Origin: an uncultured delta proteobacterium
GTDB taxonomy: Bacteria; Desulfobacterota; Binatia; Binatales; Binataceae
Direction: 5' to 3'
DNA length: 64,000 nucleotides
NCBI GenBank assembly: GCA_963782535.1
Contig: CAWAKE010000009.1
Coordinates: 408,610-472,609, forward strand
Each line of letters starts with the position of its first letter. Positions within the stretch are counted from its first letter, which is position 1. Made by a program: the position numbers and the translations under genes. Shown in pieces: positions 52,836-62,633 of this stretch. The notes under the pieces were generated by a model, which searched no databases, was not told the DNA's origin, and worked only from the letters and a program-made list of their open reading frames with translations.

Positions 52836-53513
52836 TCATTCTGCCTGCGCGCTTCTCGCGGGCGATTCAATTGCGTGAAAGTCGTCGGGTGTCGATTTTG
52901 GTCGGGGGTGGGCGCCGGCTGGGGGAATGGAATGGAGGAGGGCGAGAGCGAGGTCGGTATAGATATCGAGGAGCTGGTCGAGGGAGAGGCGGCCCTGGGG
53001 GCGGTACCAGCGGGTGACGGCGGTGAGCATCTGGAGGAGGGCGAAGGTGGCGATTTCGGCGTCGAGTACGCGGAAGGCGCCGGAGTTGACGCCGGCCTCG
53101 ACGATACTGCGGACCTGGTCGGTGTAGCGGCGCTGGAGTTTGGAGATGGCCTGGTAGTTTTTGGGGGTGAGGCTGCGCATCTCCATTTGCAGGACGGAGG
53201 CCTGTTTGCGATTGACGATATGGTAGCCGAGATGGAAGGCGACGAACTTGCGCAGGCGCTCGGCGGGAGCGGTGACGCCGGCGAGGGTGTGGTCGAGTTC
53301 AAGGGCGAGGGCCTCGGTGGTCTCCTCGCACAGCAAAAAGAGCAGCTGCTGTTTGCTGTCGATGTAGTTATAGAGCGAGCTTGCCTGGAGGCCGACCTTG
53401 CGCGCGAGCATGCGCAGGTTCATGGCGCCGTAGCCGTGTTCGGCGAGCAACTGGATGGCGGCGGTGCGCAGGTTGCGCAGGGTTTCGGCGCCGTTAGAGC
53501 CGGGTTTCCGCAT
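52836..53513 (-). CDS. TetR/AcrR family regulator (KstR2-like C-terminus)
   Basis: Start at ATG 53513: AAIQLLAEHGYGAMNLRMLARKVGLQASSLYNYIDSKQQLL ... RWYRPQGRLS. Confidence 0.9.
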   Translation of the reverse strand: MRKPGSNGAETLRNLRTAAIQLLAEHGYGAMNLRMLARKVGLQASSLYNYIDSKQQLLFLLCEETTEALALELDHTLAGVTAPAERLRKFVAFHLGYHIVNRKQASVLQMEMRSLTPKNYQAISKLQRRYTDQVRSIVEAGVNSGAFRVLDAEIATFALLQMLTAVTRWYRPQGRLSLDQLLDIYTDLALALLHSIPPAGAHPRPKSTPDDFHAIESPARSAQAE

Positions 53514-53619
53514 GATAATTCCTTGTGCGCCGGTCGCCGCAAGCTGGGCCCGGCCCGGCCGCCGGCCGGAGTCGTGGGGGCGGTGTGCGGGAGTGCCGAG
53601 TGGGGCGCCAGCGGAGCGA

Positions 53620-53680
53620 TTGACAAACAGTTTAGTGGATTGGTAGAAGTAAGTCGATAGAAACGAACAGCCGTTAGTTT
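53620..53680 (+). promoter_or_regulatory. Sigma70-type promoter plus candidate TetR operator
   Basis: TTGACA (53620), 18 bp, TGg-TAGAAG (53644); imperfect palindrome AAACGAAC-AGCC-GTTAGTTT (53661-53680) just downstream. Confidence 0.55.
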
Positions 53681-53763
53681 TATACGACGGACCGGCCGCG
53701 GGCGGGACGACCCGGAAACTCAGGCAAAGCATCGGGCAAAAAATCTGGCAAGGAGACCAAGAG

Positions 53764-55485
53764 ATGGCGGAATTCGATTTAGTAGTCAAAGGCGGGATGA
53801 TCGTTGACGGGACGCTGGCGCCGCGTTTCCGCGACGACATCGGAGTAAAGAACGGCAAGATCGCCAAGATCGGGCGGATCGCGCCGCACGAAGCGGCCAA
53901 GGTGATCGAGGCCGACGGTCTGGTGGTAGCGCCGGGCTTCATCGACCTGCACACGCATTACGATGCGCAGATATTCTGGGATCCGTACCTGACGATATCG
54001 GGCTGGCACGGGATCACGTCGGTGGTAATCGGCAACTGCGGATTCGGCTTCGCGCCGGTCAAGCCGGCCGAGACCGACCGTGCGATGCGCACGATGGTGC
54101 GGACCGAGGCGATTCCTTTGGCGTCGATGCAGGCGGCGATGAAGTTCGACTGGGAGAGCTATCCGCAGTTCATGGACTCGCTCGACCGCCAGCCCAAGGG
54201 AATGAATCTGCTGCCCTACATGCCGATGAATCCGCTGATGGGCTACGTCATGGGGATCGACGAGTCCAAGACCGGGCGGATGCCGACGGACGCCGAGCAT
54301 GCGACGATGCGGCGTCTGCTCAACGAGGCGATGGACGCGGGTGCGTGCGGGTGGTCGGCGCAGCGGCTGGTGCCGAACGGGCCGTCGGCGGTGCAGCGCG
54401 ACTACGACGGGTCGCCGATGAACACGGACCTGATGCACGACGAGACCTGCATCGAGATGGCGCGGGTGCTGGGCGAGCGCGGCGAGGGTTTTCAGGAGCT
54501 GACGCTGTCGAGCTGGGATCCGAAGGCCGACGCGAAGCATTTCGAGACGCTGGCGGAGATCAGCGGGCGTCCGATCATGTTCGAGGCGATCGCGACGCAG
54601 GACCGTTTCCCGCATCGGCATCGCAACACCATCAAGTGGCTCGAGCGCTGCCGTCAGAAGGGACTGCGGGTGTACGGGCAGGGCGTGACGACGGACGCGG
54701 GCCTGTCGTTTACGTTCGAGGACTGGAACCTGTTCGACGATTCCGACGCGTGGCGGGAAGCGACGACGGGGACGGTCAAGGAGCGAGCGGAGAAGCTGGG
54801 CGATCCGCGCCGGCGCGAGGCGCTGAAGAATCAGATGCCGCGCGAGAGCCTGATCACGAGCTACTTCGACGAGATCATCATCACGGACTGCACCAAGGCC
54901 GAGAACAAGCATCTCGAGGGGCTGACGCTGCGCAAGGCGGCGGCGCAGACCGGCAAGCATCCGGTGGACACGATGCTGGACCTGGCGGTGTCGGAAGAGC
55001 TGAAGACGGAGTTTTTCGCGCCGGCGGTCAATCAGGACATGAACCTGATGAAGGAGCTGATCGACACGCCGCACATCGCGTTCGGAGTGTCCGACGGCGG
55101 AGCGCACACGAAGTTCCTGACGGCGGGACGTTTCCCGACCGAGGGTATCGTGAAGTACGTGCGCGAGAAGCAGTGGATGACGCTCGAGCAGATCCACTGG
55201 CGGCTGAGCGCGCTGCCGGCGTTCTGCGGCGGCTTCAAGGACCGCGGCTTTTTGCGTGAAGGAGCGGCGGCCGACATCGTGGTGTACGATTTCGACAAGC
55301 TCAACGTGCTGCCGATCGAAATCCTGCACGACCTGCCGGGCAACGAATGGCGCCGGGTGCAGAAGGCGACCGGCTACCAGTACACCATCGTCAACGGCCA
55401 GGTGACCTTCGAGGGCGACAAGTGCACCGGGGCGACCTCGGGCCAGGTGCTGCGCCACGGCGTGGGCCGCTACGCCTCGGCCTGA
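53764..55485 (+). CDS. N-acyl-D-amino-acid deacylase family amidohydrolase
   Basis: VAPGFIDLHTHYDAQ, GITSVVIGNCGFGFAP, SDGGAH, DRGFLREGAAADIVVYD. Confidence 0.9.
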   Translation: MAEFDLVVKGGMIVDGTLAPRFRDDIGVKNGKIAKIGRIAPHEAAKVIEADGLVVAPGFIDLHTHYDAQIFWDPYLTISGWHGITSVVIGNCGFGFAPVKPAETDRAMRTMVRTEAIPLASMQAAMKFDWESYPQFMDSLDRQPKGMNLLPYMPMNPLMGYVMGIDESKTGRMPTDAEHATMRRLLNEAMDAGACGWSAQRLVPNGPSAVQRDYDGSPMNTDLMHDETCIEMARVLGERGEGFQELTLSSWDPKADAKHFETLAEISGRPIMFEAIATQDRFPHRHRNTIKWLERCRQKGLRVYGQGVTTDAGLSFTFEDWNLFDDSDAWREATTGTVKERAEKLGDPRRREALKNQMPRESLITSYFDEIIITDCTKAENKHLEGLTLRKAAAQTGKHPVDTMLDLAVSEELKTEFFAPAVNQDMNLMKELIDTPHIAFGVSDGGAHTKFLTAGRFPTEGIVKYVREKQWMTLEQIHWRLSALPAFCGGFKDRGFLREGAAADIVVYDFDKLNVLPIEILHDLPGNEWRRVQKATGYQYTIVNGQVTFEGDKCTGATSGQVLRHGVGRYASA

Positions 55486-55540
55486 GCGCTTAACCCCGGT
55501 TAGCCCACGTCAGTCGCGCCGCTAACCTATGATTCATGCT

Positions 55541-55581
55541 GCCACGGGCGGCGGGAGCAATCCCGCCGCCCGTGGCTTTTT
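55541..55581 (+). terminator. Intrinsic terminator
   Basis: GCCACGGGCGGCGGGA-GCAA-TCCCGCCGCCCGTGGC followed by TTTTT, between convergent genes. Confidence 0.85.
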
Positions 55582-55610
55582 GGCAATGTGTGGAGCGCCA
55601 ACCGGTACGG

Positions 55611-57011
55611 CTAGCGCATGATCAGATTCAGTCCGTTAGGAGTGGTAAATCGATTGAGGTCCGTAAAATCCTTCGGCGCCTGTTCGTTTACGTAAAAGGG
55701 GCGCCCGTCCCCCGGCTCGGCAAAGATTGTGGCGTGATCGGTTTGAACGTCCCAGATTCCGTACACCATCGAGTTAGACGAGTCCTGTAGTCCGATACCC
55801 GGTATATCCAGTGTATGGAGGAAGATTCCGATCGAGCGATTCGGCTTCATTTCCTTGTCGTAAAGATCCTCCCAGAGCGGTGCGTACGTCGCCGCGTCCA
55901 CATAAACGACTCGCTTCGCAAAACAGTACCCTGAGCTGCGCGATGGAAGTTTACTTACACTGACCTGATAGACCGTGCGCAATTGCCATTTGCCCCACGA
56001 CGGCTTTGGCCAGCCGAGGGGCATATCATAATGTTCCGGGAAGCGGCCGCTTGGCATCGTATAGCCAATCAGACTGAGTATTTTTCGGGTGCCGATGTAC
56101 CTGGCGTTGAGCTGAGTGAGATTTGCGTCGAAGCCATATCGGCGATCATCAGGAGTTTCGTCGGTACCCAGATCCGGGCTGCAGCGCGCAGACGCTGAAA
56201 GCGTCTGATAGCGCCTAAGCGACGGGATGAATACGTAAATGTCCTCGGGTTGTGTAAGATCGGTATGCGAAACCACGAGTACTGCCGTGTAGCGCTCCTG
56301 TTCGGGTTCCTGAACCATTTCGAACTGAGTAAAGTATTTGCCTTCGGCGCCGGAGAAAGTGGACGGGGTCCCGGGATCGGTATTGAATGACAATTGCCGA
56401 TAGACCTTCATGCCGGCCTTGCAACTGACGCTGCCGCCGCTGTCGACAAAGCACACGACCCCTCTGGTATTCACGGAGAGGTGCGGTGTGTAGCGAAACC
56501 ACAGGTTGGCCATAATCTTCCAGCCCTTGTGCGGTTCTTCCGGATGCGGAAATGGAATGCCGCCATGATAACCAGTGAGGGTCAGGCCGCCATCGGGAAG
56601 CTCTTTGATTTTCACTTGCGCGGAATACTTCTCGGTCGCATCCATATAGCTCTTCGGCAATGGATGAATAATCGTTGGACCGACCGGCATCTCAACATCC
56701 GGCGGCATTTTCCAGAAGTAACGGCCCTCGAAGAAGGCTGCCATTCCGTCAGGCATGAAGTCACGGAACGTACGCCAGTTTTGCATCGTGATCACAGTTC
56801 CGTCCGGAATCCTGGCTTGGAACCTCGCGACTTCATTGGAACTCGCCGACGAGCGATTTGGCGCTGCGGCAGTTGCGTTCGCACGTGGCGTAACGCTCGC
56901 CCCGGTCGTTGTTGGAGGAGGTTGCGCGGCAGAATCTGCTCGAACAGTTGTCGCCGAAAAGATGAGGCAGGATGCGAGCGCGACCGTACTGAATACACGA
57001 ACGAAACGCAT
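55611..57011 (-). CDS. DUF1329 domain-containing periplasmic protein
   Basis: Signal peptide; ITMQNW, YMDATEKYS, GGIPFP.P, YVFIPSLRR, KRVVYVD, DLYD. Confidence 0.8.
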   Translation of the reverse strand: MRFVRVFSTVALASCLIFSATTVRADSAAQPPPTTTGASVTPRANATAAAPNRSSASSNEVARFQARIPDGTVITMQNWRTFRDFMPDGMAAFFEGRYFWKMPPDVEMPVGPTIIHPLPKSYMDATEKYSAQVKIKELPDGGLTLTGYHGGIPFPHPEEPHKGWKIMANLWFRYTPHLSVNTRGVVCFVDSGGSVSCKAGMKVYRQLSFNTDPGTPSTFSGAEGKYFTQFEMVQEPEQERYTAVLVVSHTDLTQPEDIYVFIPSLRRYQTLSASARCSPDLGTDETPDDRRYGFDANLTQLNARYIGTRKILSLIGYTMPSGRFPEHYDMPLGWPKPSWGKWQLRTVYQVSVSKLPSRSSGYCFAKRVVYVDAATYAPLWEDLYDKEMKPNRSIGIFLHTLDIPGIGLQDSSNSMVYGIWDVQTDHATIFAEPGDGRPFYVNEQAPKDFTDLNRFTTPNGLNLIMR

Positions 57012-57173
57012 TTTCTGAACTCCATTGGACAGTATTCCGCGATCGCACGCGCTTCCGGAGCCACTGCGCCCCGGGAACGCGTGCGTCGTCGTGCTGAAAA
57101 AGGATCGGTACTACAGGCTAGTTCGGCCGCGAGGCCTCGGCATCCGATCTTCTGCCGCTTGTGCCGAGTTGCT

Positions 57174-57782
57174 TCAGGCCTTCGCGCTTGGTCGCGCCGA
57201 AACTTCAGCGTGCCAGCGCGCGAGATTCTCCTGCTCAGGTGTGATCGCGATTTTTGAGACGCGCCCGAAGTCTATCGCCACCAATGCGGTGATATCTGCG
57301 ATCGAAAATCGATCGCCTGCAACGAAGTGTCGCGAGCCGAGTTCCTGATTCAGCCAATTCAGCCCATCCTCGGCGTTCAAGCGCTGTACTTCTGCATATT
57401 CGGGCAATTGTCTGATGCGGCCCTTGAAGAAATCGTGGCGCTGGCGAAATGCGTCTGCGATCGGCTGGAGGACGTTGAATTCCATCCGGCGGTTCCACAT
57501 CTCGACCAACGCGCGATCTTTCGCGTCCACTCCGAACAGCGGCGGCTGCGGATGTAATTCTTCGAAGTAACGGCAGATTGCGACGCTCTCGGAAATGCAG
57601 GTGCCGTCGTCGAGTTCGAGTACCGGGACGGTACTCAGCGGATTTTTCTTGCGAAATTCCTCGCCGCGATTCACCGCTTTGACGATATCGATTTCTTCGT
57701 ACGGCACCTCGATGCCCTTTTCGGCAAGGAATATCCTTACACGGCGCGGATTCGGTGCGACTTGACTCTGGTAAATCTTCAT
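57174..57782 (-). CDS. Glutathione S-transferase family protein
   Basis: APNPRRVRIFLAEKG, VPVLELDDGTCISESVAICRY, FSIADI. Confidence 0.93.
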   Translation of the reverse strand: MKIYQSQVAPNPRRVRIFLAEKGIEVPYEEIDIVKAVNRGEEFRKKNPLSTVPVLELDDGTCISESVAICRYFEELHPQPPLFGVDAKDRALVEMWNRRMEFNVLQPIADAFRQRHDFFKGRIRQLPEYAEVQRLNAEDGLNWLNQELGSRHFVAGDRFSIADITALVAIDFGRVSKIAITPEQENLARWHAEVSARPSAKA

Positions 57783-57824
57783 TACGCGCTCCCGGTAACG
57801 ATCGGCACTCGCCGAGTGCCGGCG

Positions 57825-58991
57825 TTACCCTGTTTTCTTCGGCGCCTGCGGTACGCCGGCTTCGATAGTCAGTGGCAATTCAAACTTAATCGCCTGCGGT
57901 GCTTCGCAAACCTGGTCGCTGCACGCCTGAAAGCGCAGCGTGCCGGCGATTCGGTACGGCCCCGGTTCGATCCGCTTGCCCAGCGGTTCGAGGAACTTCG
58001 CTGGCATCGGCGGACTCCACTTGATGCCGACTTTGCCCATGGCTTTGCATCCGGCCGAATAGACCGGGAGGGTTTCTCCCAAAGCCTTCAATGACATCGG
58101 GCTCGCCGCAGGCAACTCGAGCGATTGTTCGCGGATAAGGGGACTTTCGAGACTTAGTTCAAGCGATTGGTAATTGGCGGGCAGCGGCTTGCCGTAAATG
58201 TGCCATCCGGAATCCACCTGCAAGTCCAGCGCAATCGCGAGCTCCTGCCCGGGAAAACACCGGTCGGTCGATAGTGCAACCGTCGCGGTGACTGGACCAG
58301 ACTGGATTCGAACCGCATTACTCGCTTCGCCGTCAAAATGGCGCAGGACGACCTGCGATGCGGATGCACGATATTCATAACTCGGCAGGAACAACTTGTC
58401 GCGCACCGTGCCATCGGGTGCGATCAAGTAATCGCCTGGCCATGGTATTCCGTACAGCATCTTGTGATCCGCGGGAATGTTAGTGTTGAAGATTCCGAAT
58501 TCCCGGATGACCTTGCTACCTGCATCGGAAAGCAACGGGTATCCAATTTTGTAGGTATCGGCGAAATTACTCAGAACTTCGCGTGAATCGTAAGTAATCA
58601 CCGCCGCATTGACACCGTGCGCTCGCAAGTTTTTCAGTGAGTTTTGCAGCTCGACGAGCTGGTTTCGGCAATAGGGTCACCAATCGGCGCTGCGGCTGAA
58701 GACCAGTAGCAGTCCGTTGGGCCCGGTCAGGTCGTGCAGCGACCGGCTGCGGCCGGACTGGTCGGGCAGCGAAAAATCCGGCACCTTGGTGCCGATCGCC
58801 GGCCCGGTGCAATAGCCGTCGTTTTGCGCCTCGACGAACTCGATCCATTCATCGGTTTTGATGTCTGCGCCACCCGCCATCATCTTGCGGACGACGCCGT
58901 TCAAGACCTCGGTTCTTCGCGCTGCTTCCACTTTCGGGTCACCTCCGGGCCAGGTTTCATCACCGGACCGAATCGGTTGCCGGTGCATCAT
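57825..58991 (-). CDS. Probable selenoprotein: AhpC/TSA-like redoxin (UxxC) fused to a DsbD N-terminal-like domain
   Basis: ORFs 58677-59024 and 57825-58628 are in frame across TGA 58679-58677: PDFSLPDQ...FSRSADW-U-PYCRNQL. C-terminal GWHIYG...FQACSDQVC. About 388 aa. Confidence 0.8.
58644..58676 (-). promoter_or_regulatory. Putative bacterial SECIS element
   Basis: After the UGA: CCCUAUUGCCGAAAC-CAGCUC-GUC-GAGCUG-CAA. The 6-bp stem has an apical loop starting GU, 21 nt from the UGA. Confidence 0.6.
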
Positions 58992-59007
58992 GCGGACGAT
59001 AATCAAG

Positions 59008-59123
59008 TTGGAACGATCAGTCAAGAACCGGTTGTAAGACGTTCGCGCGTCAAGACTGCGACGGCGCGATGGGGTCCTTGAGTATCAACTCGTTTTCCCG
59101 CTAATGTTAAACAATCGTTCCAA
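59008..59123. promoter_or_regulatory. Two related operator-like sites in the divergent promoter
   Basis: TTGACTGATCGTTCCAA (minus strand, 59024-59008) and TTAAACAATCGTTCCAA (59107-59123) share ATCGTTCCAA. Confidence 0.55.
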
Positions 59124-59150
59124 GATTTGACGGAACAAGTTTGACCGAAG

Positions 59151-59819
59151 ATGGCAGGGGTAAAACAATTCGATCGAAATGAGGCGCTGGAACGCGCCAT
59201 GACGGTGTTCTGGCGCAACGGCTACCAAGCCACTTCGATCCAGGACCTGGTCGAAGCCACGCGCGTCAACCGCGGCAGTCTCTATACGACTTTCGGCGAT
59301 AAGCGCGGTCTATTCCTTGCCGTTTTGGACCGCTACGCCGAACGGTTCTTTCAACCGATGATGGCTGACTTGAGCGATCCGGATCCGCGCCGTGCGATCG
59401 AGCGGATGTTTGAATCGATCATCCGGCGCACCAGCGATTCGCGCTGGCCTCGTGGATGTCTGTACACCAATACGTCGCTGGAGTGTCCCGGGGCTGGCGA
59501 TGATATAGGCCGCAAAATAGCGGAGTTGGTATCGCAGCAGGAGTCGGCGATATATCAGGTGGTACGCCACGCGCAGGAGGAGGGGTTGATCGGCCGCAAG
59601 GAGGACGCACGCGCGCTGGCGCGGTTTTTCGTTGGCGTCGCTCACGGCCTGAACGTGGTCAACAAAGCGGCGTCCGGTCCCGCGATGCTCAAAGACATGG
59701 TCAGAGTGGCGATGCGCGTGTGGGAGGTGGCGAAGGGGCCGGCCCGCAAGGTCGCTTGCGGCAAGGGCAGGGTGCGCGGCCGCACAAAAACGCCGAGTAC
59801 CCCGCATCCACTCAATTGA
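59151..59819 (+). CDS. TetR/AcrR family regulator (NemR/ComR-like)
   Basis: KQFDRNEALERAMTVFWRNGYQATSIQDLVEAT..NRGSLYTTFGDKRGLF; RGCLYTN. Confidence 0.92.
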   Translation: MAGVKQFDRNEALERAMTVFWRNGYQATSIQDLVEATRVNRGSLYTTFGDKRGLFLAVLDRYAERFFQPMMADLSDPDPRRAIERMFESIIRRTSDSRWPRGCLYTNTSLECPGAGDDIGRKIAELVSQQESAIYQVVRHAQEEGLIGRKEDARALARFFVGVAHGLNVVNKAASGPAMLKDMVRVAMRVWEVAKGPARKVACGKGRVRGRTKTPSTPHPLN

Positions 59820-60014
59820 AAAAATTCGGAATCGGTTTACCGACGCCGACTTCAATCTTAGCGAGAATCTCAGTCGTCTAAATCGTCGCAGATGAGCGAC
59901 GGTTAAATTGACGTAGTCCAGTTCAATAGCAAGTCAATGGAGTGAGTATCCCCGAGTAGTATTGGCGTCATAATCGCCAATCCTGGTCATCGAGAATACG
60001 CGGGGCCACCCGGA

Positions 60015-61061
60015 TCAGCCAATCCACCCCAACAAGATCGCCAGCAGTGTTCCACTGCCCATCACTACCCACAGAATGAAGCCCTGAATCAGCGGGCGCC
60101 GGCCGACCAGCTGCAAAGCCTTTCGGCTGAGTCCCGAGCCGATCAGAAATAACGTGACCACCAGCGAACGCTGTGCGCCGACGAAGACCAGATGGCCCGC
60201 GTGCCTCCACGCCGGAATCCAAGTGACTATTGCCGCCGCTGCAACGAAACCGAGAATGAACCATGGCCGCTTGGCCTTTCCGGACGTTGCGGTGTCGCTG
60301 CCACGATTCCAAAACATGCCGATCAGCAGCGTCACGGGCACGATCCAGAGCGCTCGAGTCAGCTTGATCGTGGTCGCGATTTCCAGCGCTCGCGCGCCGT
60401 ATTGCATCGCCGCCCCGACCACCGAACTCGTATCGTGAATCGCGAGCGCGCTCCATACGCCGAACTGCTCCTGGCCCAGATGGAAGTGATGCCCAATGCC
60501 GGGGAAAATGAAGAGTGCGACCGCGTTGAGAAAAAACACAGTCGCGAGCGCCACCGACACCTCATGATTCTTGGCGCGGATCGCGGGTGCGACTGCAGCG
60601 ATCGCGCTGCCACCGCATATCGCCGTACCGACCGTTACCAACAGCGAAGTATCCCGTTCCGTCCCAAGGAATCGGCCCAATGCAAGGCCGATGGTCATCG
60701 TTGCCGAGATACCAATTACGGTATAGAAAAACCCGTGCACTCCCGCGCTGGCTACGTCGGACAGGTTCATTCCGGCGCCCAGCCCGATTACTGAGATTTG
60801 CAGCAAAGGAGTAATCACGCGCGCCGTGCTGAACGGATAGGGGTTGCCGACGGTCAGCGCTACGACTATCCCAACCATCAACGCGACGCCCGGCGATACG
60901 AACGGCACGAGCGACGCGATCGCCAACAGTGGAAACGCGATCCGCACCATGAGGTTCGAGGGATTCGCCATGCTGAACTCGGTGCGCCAGTTCGGTAATG
61001 GCTGATGCACTGCGTCCTGCTGGGATTTTGTGGTTTCTGCTGGATCGATCATGGCAGTCAT
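60015..61061 (-). CDS. YeiH / putative sulfate exporter family membrane protein
   Basis: GTAICGGSAIAAVAP, AIHDTSSVVGAA, ATTIKLTRALWIVP, PWFILGF. Confidence 0.9.
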   Translation of the reverse strand: MTAMIDPAETTKSQQDAVHQPLPNWRTEFSMANPSNLMVRIAFPLLAIASLVPFVSPGVALMVGIVVALTVGNPYPFSTARVITPLLQISVIGLGAGMNLSDVASAGVHGFFYTVIGISATMTIGLALGRFLGTERDTSLLVTVGTAICGGSAIAAVAPAIRAKNHEVSVALATVFFLNAVALFIFPGIGHHFHLGQEQFGVWSALAIHDTSSVVGAAMQYGARALEIATTIKLTRALWIVPVTLLIGMFWNRGSDTATSGKAKRPWFILGFVAAAAIVTWIPAWRHAGHLVFVGAQRSLVVTLFLIGSGLSRKALQLVGRRPLIQGFILWVVMGSGTLLAILLGWIG

Positions 61062-61429
61062 GCGCGCCCCCGTGCGTCAAGTGCTCCAACCTGCGCCTCG
61101 AGCCGGTCGCGCAGTTTCGTGCAGATCATATGGCAGAGCTCGAATACCATATCGTCGGCAATCGAGTAATAAACGCTGTTTCCCACCTGCCGGCGTTTGA
61201 CCAGCCCGGTGTCCTGCAAGACTCTCAGATGCTTGCTAACGTTTGGCTGGGTTGATTCCACGCGTTCCGCCAGCACCGAGACACTCATTTCCCCGCCTTC
61301 AAGTTCCTGCAGTATGCACAGGCGCAGCGGTTCACTCATCGCCCGGAATCGCGCGGCGACCAGTTCGAGTGCTTCCCAGGTCATTGGCAGCCGCGATTCA
61401 CGTGGCCGACCCGTACTACTTGCTTTCAT
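61058..61429 (-). CDS. ArsR/SmtB family transcriptional regulator
   Basis: FRAMSEPLRLCIL, TQPNVSKHLRVL..GLV.RRQ.GNSVYYSI, C-terminal CHMIC. Start uncertain (61429 or 61384). Confidence 0.9.
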   Translation of the reverse strand: MKASSTGRPRESRLPMTWEALELVAARFRAMSEPLRLCILQELEGGEMSVSVLAERVESTQPNVSKHLRVLQDTGLVKRRQVGNSVYYSIADDMVFELCHMICTKLRDRLEAQVGALDARGRA

Positions 61430-61625
61430 GCCCAATGAGTTATATGTAAATAGAGCCCAAGTCAAATCGCGGGATAAGCGACCTTGCTGTACCGGCAGAG
61501 TCGCCGCTTGAACGATGACGATACCGACGCCACGCTGTAATTGCAGACTGCCTCAATCCTCACCAGTTCGGACGCTGCACGCAGGTCGTCTCATCGGTCA
61601 TCTATAGGAATCAACAGGAACAGTC

Positions 61626-62057
61626 ATGCACAACTTTACCCCAATCGCATCCACCCTCGGCGGCATTCTGATTGGACTGAGCGCGTCATCGATGTTGCTA
61701 TTCGACGGCAAGATCGTCGGAATCAGCGGGATTTTCGCCGGCCTGTTGCGTCCGGTCAAAGGCGATACCCTGTGGAAGGCCTGCTTTGTCGCCGGCCTGT
61801 TGGCCGGTGGATTATTGCTCAGGTGGATTCTCCCGCAATCCTTCGAGTTCGGGATTCTGCGCTCATCGGGCGTGCTCGCGATCGCGGGTCTGCTCGTGGG
61901 CTTCGGCACGCGGCTGGGCACTGGCTGCACCAGCGGTCATGGCGTATGCGGTGTCAGCAGGCTTTCCGCGCGCTCGATCGTCGCCACCGCAACTTTCATT
62001 GCAACTGGCGCAATTGTCGTCTATCTGTTCGATCATCTGCTCGGGGGACTGTCATGA
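61626..62057 (+). CDS. YeeE/YedE family sulfur-compound transporter subunit
   Basis: [45 protein letters not shown]. Confidence 0.92.
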   Translation: MHNFTPIASTLGGILIGLSASSMLLFDGKIVGISGIFAGLLRPVKGDTLWKACFVAGLLAGGLLLRWILPQSFEFGILRSSGVLAIAGLLVGFGTRLGTGCTSGHGVCGVSRLSARSIVATATFIATGAIVVYLFDHLLGGLS

Positions 62058-62521
62058 AACCGCTTCTCACGTCGTTCTTTTCCGGAATCGTCTTTGCCCT
62101 GGGACTGGGCCTCTCCGGGATGACGCGCCCGCACAAGGTCATAGGGTTTTTGGATTTCTTCGGAAATTGGGATGCGAGTCTCGCCTGCGTCATGGTCGGG
62201 GCGATCGCCGTTTTCTTTTTCGCATACCGCTGGAGCCAAAAAATGACTTCACCGGTTCTGGTACCGAGCTTTTCCCTCCCGCAGCGCACCGATTTGGATT
62301 CACGCCTGATTCTGGGCGCAGCGATCTTCGGCGCCGGGTGGGGCCTCGGCGGGTTCTGTCCCGGACCCGCGCTTACCTCACTCGCGTCGGGATCGCTGTC
62401 AGTAGTGATTTTCGTCGTTGCCATGGGACTTGGTATGTATCTTCAGGCCTGGGTCGTTGATTCCGCGCGGTTATCTTCGCGACGTATGGCAGTTCTTTCC
62501 CCGGCCTCGCCGGATTCGTAA
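62054..62521 (+). CDS. YeeE/YedE family partner subunit (DUF6691-like)
   Basis: ATGA overlap with the upstream gene; [37 protein letters not shown]. Confidence 0.9.
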   Translation: MKPLLTSFFSGIVFALGLGLSGMTRPHKVIGFLDFFGNWDASLACVMVGAIAVFFFAYRWSQKMTSPVLVPSFSLPQRTDLDSRLILGAAIFGAGWGLGGFCPGPALTSLASGSLSVVIFVVAMGLGMYLQAWVVDSARLSSRRMAVLSPASPDS

Positions 62522-62633
62522 GTCGCGCGGCGCCAGATCCGCCCGCGCCTTTAGTGATGCCCTCGCATCCGATGCGATCGTGCGTCACCACCGAAAACAC
62601 GAAACACGCAGTGGAGGAGTCAAGCCGTTGAAC

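Noticed and set aside
53514-53954. N-terminal extension of the TetR ORF
   Set aside because: It overlaps the divergent promoter and the amidohydrolase gene; the HTH begins just after ATG 53513.
53779-55458. 559-aa minus-strand ORF
   Set aside because: Antisense shadow of the D-aminoacylase-like gene, caused by strong codon bias.
62418-62633. N-terminal extension of the SorA ORF (likewise 61541-62053 for the second YeeE)
   Set aside because: It overlaps upstream genes; the RBS, Tat motif and ATGA coupling indicate later starts.
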